In this document: positions 19,993-30,682 of the stretch, in pieces
Layout: the number at the start of each line of letters is the position of its first letter
Numbering within the stretch: position 1 is the stretch's first letter
Source: an uncultured Desulfobacter sp.
GTDB taxonomy: Bacteria > Desulfobacterota > Desulfobacteria > Desulfobacterales > Desulfobacteraceae
Length of the DNA stretch: 64,000 nucleotides
Direction of reading: 5' to 3'
Assembly (NCBI GenBank): GCA_963665095.1
Contig: OY762069.1
Location: 2,816,001-2,880,000, forward strand
The notes under the pieces: model-generated
Told to the model about the DNA's origin: nothing
The model's input: only the letters and a program-made list of their open reading frames with translations
Database searches by the model: none
Position numbers and translations under genes: made by a program

Positions 19993-21153
19993 TTAACTTG
20001 ATTGACGGGCTGCTTCCGGATAGGCCGTTATCATTAAATTGTCCCTGTGAATGACCTCATCGTAGGACCTGAACCCCAGCCGTTCCTTGATCTGACTAGT
20101 CCTGCATCCCATAATCTTTAAAATATCCGACGCATTATAATTTACCAGGCCCATGCCTAAAACCATCTTCTCCTCTGTGACGAACTCCACAGGATCGCCC
20201 ACCTCAAAATAGTCTTCCACCCGGGTGATCCCGGAAGGCAAAAGGCTTTTTCCCTTTTCCACCACGGCTTTCTGGGCCCCTTTGTCAATGGTGATCCGGC
20301 CCTTGGCCTGGAGTGTCAGCCCGATCCAGTTTTTCCTGGATGTGGCTTTGTGGTCCTTGGGCACGAAAAAGGTGCCGGTGTAATCATTGTCTGCAATTTT
20401 CACCAGGATATCAGGCTCCAGACCACAGGCAATAATCATGGGGATGCCTGCCGAGGTTAATTTTTTAGCAGCACTGATTTTTGTTCCCATGCCGCCGGTG
20501 CCCAAGGGGCCTGCAATTTCTCCGGCCATGGCTTCGATGTCACTGCCCATGGCAGTCACCTCCCTCAAAAGCTGCGCATCATCATGAAGCCTTGGGTCTT
20601 TATTGTACAGTCCACCAATGTCTGTCAGGTTAATCATGAGATCCGCCCCGAGCAGCATGGTGATCATGGCACCTAGATTATCGTTGTCTCCAAACTGAAG
20701 GGACTTGACAGCCACGGTGTCGTTTTCGTTGACAATGGGCAGCACCTTCCATTCCAGAAGTGTATTCAGGGTATTTCTGGCATTGAGGTACCTGACACGG
20801 TCACACAGATCCCCCCGGGTTAAAAGGATCTGGGCCACCTTGCGTCCGCAGTGTTCCATGGCCTTTTCCCATTCACGGATCAGATCTGCCTGGCCAATGG
20901 CGGAAACCGCCTGGCGTTTGGGGGTTTCCGACGGCCGGCTTTTAAACCCCATTTTCTTAACGCCGGCAGCCATGGCCCCGGAGGAGACAAGGATGACCTC
21001 AAGGCCACGGTCATGAAGCACACTGATCTGCCGTGCAACACTGTTAATAATATCGATGTTCAGGCTGTTTTTCCGGGTCAGCACCCCTGAGCCCACCTTC
21101 ACCACAATGCGCCGGCATTGGGACAGGGCTGAAACTTGCTGGTTGGTGTTCAT
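19993..21153 (-). CDS. proB: Glutamate 5-kinase with PUA domain
   Basis: VVKVGS, VNENDTV, FGDNDNL, GTGGMGTK, SLLPSG, EVIHRDN. Confidence 0.98.
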   Translation of the reverse strand: MNTNQQVSALSQCRRIVVKVGSGVLTRKNSLNIDIINSVARQISVLHDRGLEVILVSSGAMAAGVKKMGFKSRPSETPKRQAVSAIGQADLIREWEKAMEHCGRKVAQILLTRGDLCDRVRYLNARNTLNTLLEWKVLPIVNENDTVAVKSLQFGDNDNLGAMITMLLGADLMINLTDIGGLYNKDPRLHDDAQLLREVTAMGSDIEAMAGEIAGPLGTGGMGTKISAAKKLTSAGIPMIIACGLEPDILVKIADNDYTGTFFVPKDHKATSRKNWIGLTLQAKGRITIDKGAQKAVVEKGKSLLPSGITRVEDYFEVGDPVEFVTEEKMVLGMGLVNYNASDILKIMGCRTSQIKERLGFRSYDEVIHRDNLMITAYPEAARQSS

Positions 21154-21382
21154 TGTATGTTCCAAGGTTAAAAAAACGGCAAGCCGCTCAATCACTAAAT
21201 GCAAAAATAACTAAACCATACCACTGATGATTGCAAGGCATGATTTTCCAAAACCACCTACTTTCCCGAGCTTTTTTAACATTGGTCAGTAAAAGGTTTG
21301 CCATGGTCACTAAGTTTTATTATTTTGCAGGCCGATGGCGATGTAATTTAAATACGGCAGGAAAGGGGCATAAAGGTGATTC

Positions 21383-22000
21383 ATGGGTGAGTACCTGTTC
21401 ATGGGAATGGTTTTAGGGTTATCTGCCGGGCTGTCTCCAGGCCCTTTACTGGCACTGGTTATCAGCGAAACCGTCAGCAGGGGGTTGGGCGCAGGCATCC
21501 GGATCGCACTTGCACCTTTGGTAACGGATCTACCTGTTGTGGCCATCTCCTTTCTTCTGGTATCGGGTCTTTCAGGATTTGACCCGGTGCTGGGAGCCGT
21601 CTCACTTGTCGGTGCGGCTGTAATCCTGAAAATGGGCATATCCTGCATTCGGACAGCCAAAGAACTGCCGGCATCCACAGGCTCTATGTCCGGCTCCCTT
21701 GTAAAAGGCGTGGTGGTCAATCTTTTAAGCCCGCATCCTTATCTTTTCTGGATCACCATTGGCGCACCATCCGCCTCAAAAGCCTGGCAGATTCATCCAG
21801 GAGCGGCCGCAGGCTTTGTGACCTGTTTTTATCTCTTACTGGTGGGCTCCAAGCTGACACTGGCTCTGGTGGTGGCAAAAACCCGATCGTTTCTGGCCGG
21901 ACCGGTCTACATCTGGATTATGAGAATCCTGGGCCTGATTCTTTGCTTCTTTTCCTGGGGGCTTGCCAGTGAAGGGTTTAAACTGCTGGGCCGGCTCTGA
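21383..22000 (+). CDS. LysE/RhtB-family translocator
   Basis: SPGPLLALVI, NLLSPHPYLFW, hydrophobic profile. Confidence 0.9.
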   Translation: MGEYLFMGMVLGLSAGLSPGPLLALVISETVSRGLGAGIRIALAPLVTDLPVVAISFLLVSGLSGFDPVLGAVSLVGAAVILKMGISCIRTAKELPASTGSMSGSLVKGVVVNLLSPHPYLFWITIGAPSASKAWQIHPGAAAGFVTCFYLLLVGSKLTLALVVAKTRSFLAGPVYIWIMRILGLILCFFSWGLASEGFKLLGRL

Positions 22001-22136
22001 ATTACCGTTATCCTGTTGACATAACCGGATTAAAGAACATATCATCTGGCCCATCACAATCAGTTTTGCGTTCATCCAAATGTTGAAACAGACCCAACGG
22101 GCTACAAACCAATTAGTGGCTACACCCTATTCCCTT

Positions 22137-22262
22137 ATTTGGATGAAAAGTTGCCCAGATGCAAGGCGCAAACAAATCTGGAACCGCAAGCGTACTTTAA
22201 ATACGTATGGATTCCATATTTGTGAAGCAACGCCGCAGGTGGGTGGCCTTTCGTTCAAACAC
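22137..22262. repeat. Palindromic MITE family copy A
   Basis: TTTGGATGAAAAGTTGCCCAGATGCAAGGCGC ... GCAACGCCGCAGGTGGGTGGCCTTTCGTTCAAACAC, an inverted homolog of the copy at 57.1 kb. Confidence 0.85.
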
Positions 22263-22278
22263 CCTTTAAGGAGGAACC

Positions 22279-24681
22279 ATGAAGTGGATACGCACCATCC
22301 TGATCATCATCATTCTTACCACCTGCTGCGCAGTGATTCTTTTTATCAACCTGCCGCGGTTCAATGACTTTGAGACAGAGGGGCAACTCACCCTGGAAGG
22401 ATTGCAGCAACCCGTCACTGTGACCCGGGATGATTCCGGCATGGCCTATATCCATGCCCAAAATGTTGAAGACCTGCTCTTTGCCCAGGGGTTTGTCACA
22501 GCCCAGGACCGGTTGTTTCAAATGCAGATGACCCGGCTCTATTTTCAGGGAAGGCTTAGCGAATTAGCAGGTGCCAAGGCCAGGGATGTGGATATCCGCA
22601 TGCGCACCATCGGCATTGACCGGATGGCCGAAAAACAGGCAGGCATACTGAACTCGGAGTCCCGCAGGCTGTTTCAGCGCTATGTAGAAGGGATCAACGC
22701 ATTTATCGACACCACCCCTTCGGACCTGCCCCTGGAGTTTCGCCTGGCCGGCATAAGCCCTGAGCCATGGGAGGTGAAAGATGCGTTAGGAGTTCTGCTA
22801 TACATGGGCTATTCCACCGCAGCCAACCTGGGAACCGAGATCATCTCCCAGATGCTGCTGGACACGCTGGGGTACGAAAAAACTGCTCTTTTGCTGCCGC
22901 GCAACATCAATATAGATGACCCCGGGGACAAAGGAGAGGCTGCCATGCCGCCCAGGGATCTGCTTTCCCTGTCGCTTCCCCCGGATCCCGTGCTTCTGGC
23001 CTATGCAAAAGACCGCAAGCTGCGGGCCGGGAGCAACAACTGGGCCCTGGCCCCTGAAAAATCAGCCACAGGAAAAGCGGTTCTGGCAGGCGATCCCCAT
23101 CTGGATCCAAGGACGCTTCCCGGGGTCTGGTATCCTTTAGGGCTGATCTGCCCGGGCATCCGGGCGGTGGGCGTTCAGATTCCGGGGATTCCCGGCATGA
23201 GTGTGGGCCGCACCGAGCACATTGCCCTGTCTGCCACCAATAACTATGGGGATATGGTGGATCTTTACATTGAAACCATTGACCCGGGAAATCCCGACCA
23301 CTATCTGGAAGGGGATAAATCCATTGCCTTTGGCCATATCCGGCAGGCCCTTAAAATAAAAGACAAAGATGCGCCAAAGGGGTTTAAAACCGAAGAGATC
23401 GATATCCGGACCACCCGACGCGGGCCTGTGGTCTCATCCGTAATCAAGGGGCTGGATGCCGACAGGCTGTATACGCTCAGGTTTGCCCCAATAGAATCCA
23501 TGACCTCTGAAATCGGGCTTCTGGAAGTGCTGACCGCCAAAGACGGCAAAGCCCTTTCCCTTGCCCTTCAACGACTTCCGGTGGCCTGCTTTAACTGGGT
23601 GTTTGCCGACAGCAGCGGCCATATCGGCCACCAGGCATCGGGAAGGATTCCCATTCGCAAAACCGGGGACGGGACCTTCCCCCAGGTGGTGAAAGACAGC
23701 CAGGACAACTGGCAGGGCTGGATTGCACCGGATCAGATGCCGGGGGCCCTTGATCCGGATAAACACTGGATCGGCACTTGCAACAATAAAACCGTGGACT
23801 CCGCCTTCCCGTATTATTATTCATCCTTTTTTGCCCCCTCCTTCCGTTACGGCCGCCTTAAGGAGCTGATGAACGAAAAAAAGACCCAGACCTTGCAAGA
23901 CATGTGGGCATATCAAAGGGATACCGGAAATCTGATGGCACGAAAAATTGCCCCGGTGATGGCCAAGGTGCTGCAGGCCCATGAAGGGACCAAAGCGTTG
24001 GGAGACATTATTGCAGGCTGGGACTGCAAAGATGACCCTGACAAGGCCGCCCCTTTAATTTTTCAAACCATATACCGTCATTTTGCCATGGCTGTGTTTG
24101 AAGATGACTTAGGCCATGACAAAGCGCTTGTCTTATTGGATTCCTGGTACTATTGGCAGGAAAGGCTTTTGCAGTTTGTCCTTGAAGGGCGGTCACCGTT
24201 CTTTGATGACACCCGGACGCCTGAAAAAACAGAAACCATGGCAGACCTGTTTATCCGGGCGGCTGAGGCAGCCCAAAAAGAGCTGTCCCAGCGGTTGAAT
24301 AAAGGCCCGGACCAATGGCGCTGGGGCGATCTCCATACCCTGGAGCTTGTGAATCCACTGCTCCGAAAAGGAAAAGCAAAAGCAATCTTAGGCACCGGCC
24401 CCATGCCCATGGGCGGTTCCGGGGAGACCCTTTACAGGGGATGGTATGATTTTGACGCGCCCTATGCCGTCACCCATTGCGCCTCCCTGCGCATGGTGGC
24501 AGATATGGGGGATGATGAAAAAGTGATGGCCGTGATACCCGGCGGGGTGACGGGCCGCACCTTCCATCCCCACCAGAAGGACCAAGTGGAAGATTTCATG
24601 GATGGAACGATCCGGTACTGGTGGTTTTCAGATGCTGCCATCAAAGCCCATGGCAAGACGGTTCTGACTCTGAAACCCTGA
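22279..24681 (+). CDS. Penicillin acylase family Ntn-hydrolase (possible AHL acylase)
   Basis: AQGFVTAQDRLFQM, GSNNW nucleophile, GDPHL, N-terminal membrane anchor. Confidence 0.94.
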   Translation: MKWIRTILIIIILTTCCAVILFINLPRFNDFETEGQLTLEGLQQPVTVTRDDSGMAYIHAQNVEDLLFAQGFVTAQDRLFQMQMTRLYFQGRLSELAGAKARDVDIRMRTIGIDRMAEKQAGILNSESRRLFQRYVEGINAFIDTTPSDLPLEFRLAGISPEPWEVKDALGVLLYMGYSTAANLGTEIISQMLLDTLGYEKTALLLPRNINIDDPGDKGEAAMPPRDLLSLSLPPDPVLLAYAKDRKLRAGSNNWALAPEKSATGKAVLAGDPHLDPRTLPGVWYPLGLICPGIRAVGVQIPGIPGMSVGRTEHIALSATNNYGDMVDLYIETIDPGNPDHYLEGDKSIAFGHIRQALKIKDKDAPKGFKTEEIDIRTTRRGPVVSSVIKGLDADRLYTLRFAPIESMTSEIGLLEVLTAKDGKALSLALQRLPVACFNWVFADSSGHIGHQASGRIPIRKTGDGTFPQVVKDSQDNWQGWIAPDQMPGALDPDKHWIGTCNNKTVDSAFPYYYSSFFAPSFRYGRLKELMNEKKTQTLQDMWAYQRDTGNLMARKIAPVMAKVLQAHEGTKALGDIIAGWDCKDDPDKAAPLIFQTIYRHFAMAVFEDDLGHDKALVLLDSWYYWQERLLQFVLEGRSPFFDDTRTPEKTETMADLFIRAAEAAQKELSQRLNKGPDQWRWGDLHTLELVNPLLRKGKAKAILGTGPMPMGGSGETLYRGWYDFDAPYAVTHCASLRMVADMGDDEKVMAVIPGGVTGRTFHPHQKDQVEDFMDGTIRYWWFSDAAIKAHGKTVLTLKP

Positions 24682-24701
24682 AGCCGGGCACATCTGAGGA
24701 C

Positions 24702-24740
24702 AAAAAAAACGCCTGCCCGTTGCCGGGCAGGCGAAAAAAA
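24702..24740 (-). terminator. Rho-independent terminator (psp operon side)
   Basis: CGCCTGCCCG-TTGC-CGGGCAGGCG stem. The A8 run at 24702-24709 gives the U-tract on the minus strand. Confidence 0.8.
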
Positions 24741-24794
24741 AGGAAAAGAACAATGCTTATTTATTGTTCTAACCGGAAATTAACACAACACTTA

Positions 24795-25232
24795 TCAAAA
24801 ATCAAATTCTTTTGAGGTGACGGTGTGTTCCATGCGCTGGATTCTTCGCTCAATATCCTCGTATTTTTTTTTAATCCGCTGGATGGCCGACGAGCGTGAC
24901 CGGGTATAAGACTGGTAAAATTCCTCATCGTCTTCGTTTTCAAGCGGAATCACCGGCTCGGGTTTAAGCAGGAGTCCTGCAACAATGTAAAGAACACCCA
25001 CCGGCCAGAATCCAGTGAACAAAAACCCTATTAACACAATAACACGCACCCAGAAAACAGAAATATCAAAGTGTTCGGCCAGTCCCCGGCAGACGCCAAG
25101 GATCATGCCGCGCCTGGAGCGGTAAACCCCCTGAGAGGCCGTGATCCGGCCCAGACGCTGACCCAATCCGGAAGCACTCCTACGGCCCATGCCGCCTCCC
25201 ATATGGTGATATCGTCTTTTATGGTATCTCAT
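24795..25232 (-). CDS. pspC: Phage shock protein C
   Basis: YRSRRGMILGVCRGLAEHFD and IERRIQRMEHTVTS motifs, psp context. Confidence 0.92.
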   Translation of the reverse strand: MRYHKRRYHHMGGGMGRRSASGLGQRLGRITASQGVYRSRRGMILGVCRGLAEHFDISVFWVRVIVLIGFLFTGFWPVGVLYIVAGLLLKPEPVIPLENEDDEEFYQSYTRSRSSAIQRIKKKYEDIERRIQRMEHTVTSKEFDF

Positions 25233-25258
25233 ATTTCATTGTCCTTTCTAAACAGCTA

Positions 25259-25504
25259 TTAACGGTCCCGGTGCCCGCGTTCAATGAGAATGGTCTCCAG
25301 GGCGTCAATCCGTTCCTCCATTTTTGACAAACTATTAAAAATGTCCTGGATCATTTTAGTCTCGTCAGTATGGGCGGCCTGCTCCTTTTTTGAAATGCCG
25401 CCGGCCTTTGCCGCCCGGATAATACCGATGATAACCCCGCCCAGGGTAACCAGGACCAGAATAGCCCCGCCGATGCAGACTGCTGCTAAAAATACACTGC
25501 TCAT
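25259..25504 (-). CDS. pspB: PspB-like small membrane protein
   Basis: One TM segment plus MEERIDALETIL, between pspA and pspC. Confidence 0.75.
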   Translation of the reverse strand: MSSVFLAAVCIGGAILVLVTLGGVIIGIIRAAKAGGISKKEQAAHTDETKMIQDIFNSLSKMEERIDALETILIERGHRDR

Positions 25505-25581
25505 ATCTTTCCTTTTGGAATGGCTTGAGTCCGTGGCGGAAAATCAATGTCAAAAAACCGCTTTCCTCCACGGACACTGGT

Positions 25582-26277
25582 TTAAGAGTTCAGGCTTTCG
25601 GGTTTTGTATCATTATTTGTATTGGATTGGGAGGATTTCAACGCATCGAGTTCTTTTTCTATCTCCTCATCTGCGGCCAGGTCATCAAAAGCGGTTTCCA
25701 GGCTGGATCTGCGGCCGTAATCCACCAGGTCCGCTTCTGCCTCCATACGTTCGATATTATTTTCCATCTCCTCAAACTTCTGGACCACCCCTGTGGAATC
25801 CATACGGCGGATCTCCTGGCGGGCCTTTTTTTTGTGCCGGGCCCGGATGTGGCGCTGAACCAGCATACGCTGTTTTTCCCGGGCGGATTTCAATTTATTT
25901 TCAAGCTCCACTATGTCTTCCCTGTACTGATCCACAATGGCAGACAGATCAGACAGTTCTTCTTCCAGCACCTCCAGCCGCTGGCTGAAGCGCCGTTTTT
26001 CCATCAGTGCCTGGCGGGCCAGGTCATCCCGCCCCCGGGTAACAGCAAGCTCAGCCTTGTCACTCCAGAAGGCTTCCTTATCCCGGGTCTCTTCGCTTAA
26101 ACGTGCCACTTTTTTATGGTTGGCAATGGTGCTGGCACAGGATGATTTGAGTTCAATCAGGGTGTCTTCCATTTCCCGGATCATCAGCTTGATCATTTTT
26201 TCAGGATCTTCGGCCTTGTCGAGCATGGCGTTGATGTTTGAAGATACAATGTCTCTGAATCGTGTAAAAATACCCAT
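25582..26277 (-). CDS. pspA: Phage shock protein A
   Basis: MGIFTRFRDIVSSNINAMLDKAEDPEKMIKLMIREMEDTL. Confidence 0.97.
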   Translation of the reverse strand: MGIFTRFRDIVSSNINAMLDKAEDPEKMIKLMIREMEDTLIELKSSCASTIANHKKVARLSEETRDKEAFWSDKAELAVTRGRDDLARQALMEKRRFSQRLEVLEEELSDLSAIVDQYREDIVELENKLKSAREKQRMLVQRHIRARHKKKARQEIRRMDSTGVVQKFEEMENNIERMEAEADLVDYGRRSSLETAFDDLAADEEIEKELDALKSSQSNTNNDTKPESLNS

Positions 26278-26342
26278 TATTATTCTCCTTTGTTCAATGT
26301 CCGAATTGTTTTCGAGCTTACAGTCTTTTACAGATCAGGTAG

Positions 26343-26358
26343 AGCAGAAAGTATGCCA
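26343..26358 (-). promoter_or_regulatory. Sigma54 promoter of pspABC
   Basis: Minus strand TGGCATA-CTTT-CTGCT, divergent from pspF as in the canonical psp locus. Confidence 0.8.
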
Positions 26359-26492
26359 AAGGGAGAAAATCTACAAATAGTGCTTTAAATACAACATATT
26401 AATAATATTTTTTAAAATTTTAATATAGGTGAAGTTAATCATAAATTGATGTATTATACCAATTTATGGCTTAATATACCAAAGGAGGTGTA

Positions 26493-27587
26493 ATGGTCTA
26501 TTCCGATGCAATGGATGACACGCTTCGGCCTGTGAACATGTCCGAGGCATTAGGACAGTCTGAAGCTTTCTTAAATTTTCAGGAGCAGATCTCACAAGCG
26601 GCCCCTGTCGACCGGCCTGTGCTGATTTTAGGAGAGCGCGGCACAGGCAAGGAACTTGCCGCCGCCCGCCTGCATTTTTTATCCCGGCGCTGGCAGAAAC
26701 CCTTTGTAACCCTGAACTGCGCAGCCCTGACCCCCACCCTGATCGAATCTGAGCTTTTCGGATATGAAAAAGGGGCCTTTACCGGGGCCGGAACCCGGCG
26801 GATCGGACGTTTTGAACAGGCATCCGACGGTACCCTGTTCCTGGATGAAATCGGCAATATTCCCATGGTGGTCCAGGAAAAAATTCTGCGGGTGGTGGAG
26901 TACGGCCAGTTTGAGCGGGTGGGTGCAGTCAGTCCGGTCCACACCGATGTCCGCATTGTGGGTGCTGCCAATGTGGACCTGGCACAGATGGCAAAACGGG
27001 GGGATTTTAAACAGGATCTTTTAGACCGCCTCTCATTTGAAGTAATTTATGTCCCCCCATTGCGGGTGCGCAGGGAGGATGTCATGCTGCTGGCCGACCA
27101 TTTTGCAGGCCGTATGGCATTTGAACTTGGGTTCAACCATGTGCCGGAATTTTCAAAAAAAGCGTCTGATGCCCTGCTCAACCACAACTGGCCCGGCAAT
27201 GTCCGGGAACTGAAAAATGTGGTGGAACGTGCGGTGTACAAAACCTGCGGCCAGCCCATTACCCATATTGATTTTACCCCTTTTTCCTCCCCGTTCGGTC
27301 CCCTGCCCGACCCCGGGGCCGCCATAAAATCGGAAAAAATCCCAGGACAGCCCCCTGAAACAGATGTCCAGGCCGACGAACCAATCTTTTCCGAATCCGG
27401 TTCGGCAACAGATTTACCAATGAACGATCTGATCCGCCTGCCGCTGAAACAAGCGGTCTTAACCCTGGAGCGTTATCGTCTGACCAGGGCACTGGCCTCG
27501 GCAAAGTTTAACCAGAAGCAGGCAGCAGCAAACTTAGGACTTTCCTATGATCAGTTTCGCGGACTAAAAAAAAGACATAAAATTTAA
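26493..27587 (+). CDS. pspF: Phage shock operon sigma54 activator
   Basis: EBP lacking a regulatory N-domain: GERGTGKELAAARLHFLSRRW, GAFTGA, DLLDRLSF, LGLSYDQFRG. Confidence 0.96.
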   Translation: MVYSDAMDDTLRPVNMSEALGQSEAFLNFQEQISQAAPVDRPVLILGERGTGKELAAARLHFLSRRWQKPFVTLNCAALTPTLIESELFGYEKGAFTGAGTRRIGRFEQASDGTLFLDEIGNIPMVVQEKILRVVEYGQFERVGAVSPVHTDVRIVGAANVDLAQMAKRGDFKQDLLDRLSFEVIYVPPLRVRREDVMLLADHFAGRMAFELGFNHVPEFSKKASDALLNHNWPGNVRELKNVVERAVYKTCGQPITHIDFTPFSSPFGPLPDPGAAIKSEKIPGQPPETDVQADEPIFSESGSATDLPMNDLIRLPLKQAVLTLERYRLTRALASAKFNQKQAAANLGLSYDQFRGLKKRHKI

Positions 27588-27766
27588 AGCCTGTTAACGG
27601 GTATGTTAGCCAGCTGTTCCTCCCAGTAATCATCAATAAGATCCTTGTACTTTTCCCTGGGATAGCTTTTATTACAGGCATTGCAGCAGATAATGACATG
27701 GGGGCAGGCACGCCTTACAACAAGCTCACCCCCGCATGACGGGCAGCGTTCAATCTTGCGTCTCAT
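27584..27766 (-). CDS. Dual CXXC-motif small protein (Cys form of a deltaproteobacterial small selenoprotein family)
   Basis: MRRKIERCPSCGGELVVRRACPHVIICCNACNKSYP...DDYWEEQLANIPVNRL. Confidence 0.75.
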   Translation of the reverse strand: MRRKIERCPSCGGELVVRRACPHVIICCNACNKSYPREKYKDLIDDYWEEQLANIPVNRL

Positions 27767-27889
27767 ACATTCCTCTATATTAGTTTTAAACAGATCCCTT
27801 TCCTTTTTTCCCCGGATAACATAAAACCAGGCTGAGTTAAAACTTTTTTTGGACAAATATTATTAAAAAGAAAGAAGGAGGTGCGTTTC

Positions 27890-28372
27890 ATGACAGATGA
27901 AAAGGACCGTTATAAACGCAGTTATCCCATCTCCTGGGAACAGCTCCACAGAGACGCCAAAGCTCTGTCCTGGCGCCTGCATGACCTGAACCGCAAATGG
28001 CTGGGGATTGTGGCGGTTACCCGGGGAGGGCTTGTACCGGCGGCCATCATTGCCCGGGAACTGGATATTCATCTTATCGACACCATCTGCATCACCAGCT
28101 ATGACTGGCAGAGTCAGGGGGAATCCACCATTTTGAAATCCATTGAAGGCGATGGCACAGATTTTTTAATTATTGACGATCTTGTGGACACAGGCTCCAC
28201 GGCCAAAATTGTCCGCCAGATGCTGCCCAGGGCCTATTTTGCAACCGTGTATGCCAAACCGGCGGGTAAACCCCTGGTGGACGCCCATATCACAGAAGTC
28301 AGCCAGGACACCTGGATTTTGTTCCCCTGGGATTCTGAATCCCGATTTGTTGCACCCATTGCAGGAAGATAA
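27890..28372 (+). CDS. gpt: Xanthine phosphoribosyltransferase
   Basis: SWEQLHRDAKAL, TRGGLVP, IIDDLVDTG, SQDTWILFPWD. Confidence 0.95.
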   Translation: MTDEKDRYKRSYPISWEQLHRDAKALSWRLHDLNRKWLGIVAVTRGGLVPAAIIARELDIHLIDTICITSYDWQSQGESTILKSIEGDGTDFLIIDDLVDTGSTAKIVRQMLPRAYFATVYAKPAGKPLVDAHITEVSQDTWILFPWDSESRFVAPIAGR

Positions 28373-28377
28373 GTTGT

Positions 28378-29745
28378 ATGAAAGATTCAAGCTCAAACCG
28401 GCTGGACAGCGATAATATCGGCAGACTGCTGTTCCAGCTTGCCCTGCCCTCCTTTATCGGACTTTTTGTTATGACCCTGTACAACGTGGTGGATGCTATT
28501 TTCATCGGCCACTGGGTGGGCCCCTTGGGAATTGCCGCCCTGGCCATTGTCTTTCCGGTACAAATGCTGGCCATGGGCATCGGACAAATGACCGGCATGG
28601 GCGGCGCATCCCTGCTGTCACGGCAGATGGGGGCAAAGGATATTGACAATGCCCAAAAAACCCTTGGCAATGCCATTGCCCTGACCGTAATACTTTCCGG
28701 ACTTATGATGGTAGCAGGCCTTGTCTGGCTTGATCCCTGCCTGACCCAGCTGGGGACATCCGAGACCATTTTGCCCTATGCCAGGGATTACATGCAGATT
28801 ATTTTAATCGGTCTTTTTTTCCAGACCTTTGCCATGCTTTTATCCAATTTGATCCGGGCCGAGGGAAACGCCCGGGTACCCATGGTGGGAATGATTATCG
28901 GGGCATGTCTGAATACGGGCCTGGATGCCATGTTTGTCATCGGCTTTGGAATGGGCGTCAAAGGCGCCGCCCTTGCCACGGTCATTGGAGAATCTTTTTC
29001 CACCTTGTTTTTTGCCTCCTACTATTTTTCAGGCAAAAGCTGTATCAGCATGAAATGGACATCTCTGCTGTTAAATAAAAAAATTGTGTCAGGCATTTTG
29101 TCCATCGGTATCTCCGCCTTTGCCATGTCTGTGGCCACCAGCATTTCCGCCATTTTCATCAACCGGCTGTGCCTGACCTATGGCGGCGATCTGGCCGTAT
29201 CGGTATTCGGCATCATCAACCGGATTATCATGTTTGTCCTGATGCCGGGCATTGTGATCGGCATGGGACTCCAGCCCATTGTGGGATACAACTACGGGGC
29301 CCGCCGCTATGACCGCGTGATCCGGGCCATCAAGCTCGCCATGGTCTGGGCCACCTTTTTTTCAGTCCTTGCCTTTATCGTCATGATTGCATGGCCGGAA
29401 ACGCTGATCGCCATCTTCACCAACGACAGGGAATTGATTGAATTTGCCGGCCATGCCGCAAAAAAACTGTTTGGCGCCATCTTTTTTGTGGGATTTATCA
29501 TTGTGGGCTCAACGGTTTTCCAGGCCTTAGGGCTTGCCGGCAGATCCTTTGTCATGTCCATGGGACGCCCGGTTCTTTTCCTGATTCCTTTAGTGGTGAT
29601 CCTTCCGCGGTTCATTCAGCTGGAAGGCATCTGGCTGGCTTTTCCCCTGGCAGATGTGCTAACCTTTCTGCTGTCAGTATTCCTGTTAGCACCGCAGATA
29701 CGCGGCCTTATGGCACAACACCAACAAAAGGCGCAGTCCGTTTAA
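28378..29745 (+). CDS. MATE family efflux transporter (MepA-like)
   Basis: LYNVVDAIFIG, RAEGNARVPM, QPIVGYNYGA, about 12 TM segments. Confidence 0.93.
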   Translation: MKDSSSNRLDSDNIGRLLFQLALPSFIGLFVMTLYNVVDAIFIGHWVGPLGIAALAIVFPVQMLAMGIGQMTGMGGASLLSRQMGAKDIDNAQKTLGNAIALTVILSGLMMVAGLVWLDPCLTQLGTSETILPYARDYMQIILIGLFFQTFAMLLSNLIRAEGNARVPMVGMIIGACLNTGLDAMFVIGFGMGVKGAALATVIGESFSTLFFASYYFSGKSCISMKWTSLLLNKKIVSGILSIGISAFAMSVATSISAIFINRLCLTYGGDLAVSVFGIINRIIMFVLMPGIVIGMGLQPIVGYNYGARRYDRVIRAIKLAMVWATFFSVLAFIVMIAWPETLIAIFTNDRELIEFAGHAAKKLFGAIFFVGFIIVGSTVFQALGLAGRSFVMSMGRPVLFLIPLVVILPRFIQLEGIWLAFPLADVLTFLLSVFLLAPQIRGLMAQHQQKAQSV

Positions 29746-29810
29746 ACCCGAATCTGCAGGGTCCTGTACTATGGCGGGGCCATCAGCAACAATATTAAGA
29801 GGACTCAACT

Positions 29811-30665
29811 TTGAAATATATCGGCGCCCACGTCAGTGCGGCAGGCGGAGTTGAAAATGCACCGGTCAATGCAGAAAAGATCGGTGCCGACTGTTTTGCC
29901 CTTTTTACCAAAAACCAGCGGCAGTGGCAGGCAGCCCCGTTATCTGAAAAAAACATCACCGCCTTTAAGGCCAACTGTGAGACCTTCGGGTTCGGCCCAG
30001 GCCAGATCCTGGCCCATGACTCCTACCTGATCAACCTCGGCCACCCGGAAGAGACCGCCCTTAAAAAATCGAGGACCGCTTTTTTCGATGAGATGGAGCG
30101 GTGCCGGCTTTTAGGCATTGCCATGCTTAATTTTCATCCCGGCTCCACCTTGAAAAAAGTCAGCATGGCAACGTGTTTAAACACCATTGCAGACTCCATT
30201 AACCTTGCCCATAAGAAAGTGCCAGAGGTGATTGCCGTGATAGAGAACACCGCCGGCCAGGGAAGCAATGCCGGTTTTACGTTTGAACAGATAAGCGCCA
30301 TCATTGACCAGGTGGATGACCAGTCCCGGGTTGGTGTCTGTATTGATACCTGCCACGCCTTTGCGGCAGGCTATGATTTCATTTCAGAACAGGGGTATCA
30401 ACAGACCTGGGATCAGTTTGATGCCATTATTGGGTTCTCTTTTCTCAAGGGCATGCACCTCAATGACGCCAAAAAACCCCTGGGTTCCCGGGTGGACCGC
30501 CATGAAAGCATTGGCAAAGGAGAACTGGGGCGCAAGGCGTTTGAACGTATCATGAAAGACAGACGTCTGGACAAAATCCCCATGATTCTTGAAACGCCTG
30601 ACAATGAAATCTGGGATAAGGAGATTCAATACTTAAGACAGCTATCACATAAAAACAGTAACTGA
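29811..30665 (+). CDS. nfo: Endonuclease IV
   Basis: [48 protein letters not shown] start with RBS. Confidence 0.97.
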   Translation: MKYIGAHVSAAGGVENAPVNAEKIGADCFALFTKNQRQWQAAPLSEKNITAFKANCETFGFGPGQILAHDSYLINLGHPEETALKKSRTAFFDEMERCRLLGIAMLNFHPGSTLKKVSMATCLNTIADSINLAHKKVPEVIAVIENTAGQGSNAGFTFEQISAIIDQVDDQSRVGVCIDTCHAFAAGYDFISEQGYQQTWDQFDAIIGFSFLKGMHLNDAKKPLGSRVDRHESIGKGELGRKAFERIMKDRRLDKIPMILETPDNEIWDKEIQYLRQLSHKNSN

Positions 30666-30682
30666 CAAAAAGGAGTTTTTTC

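Noticed and set aside
22080..22367. 95-aa ORF, and similar small ORFs at 6990-7172, 17428-17622 and 56956-57249
   Set aside because: They overlap palindromic repeat elements and have no protein motifs.
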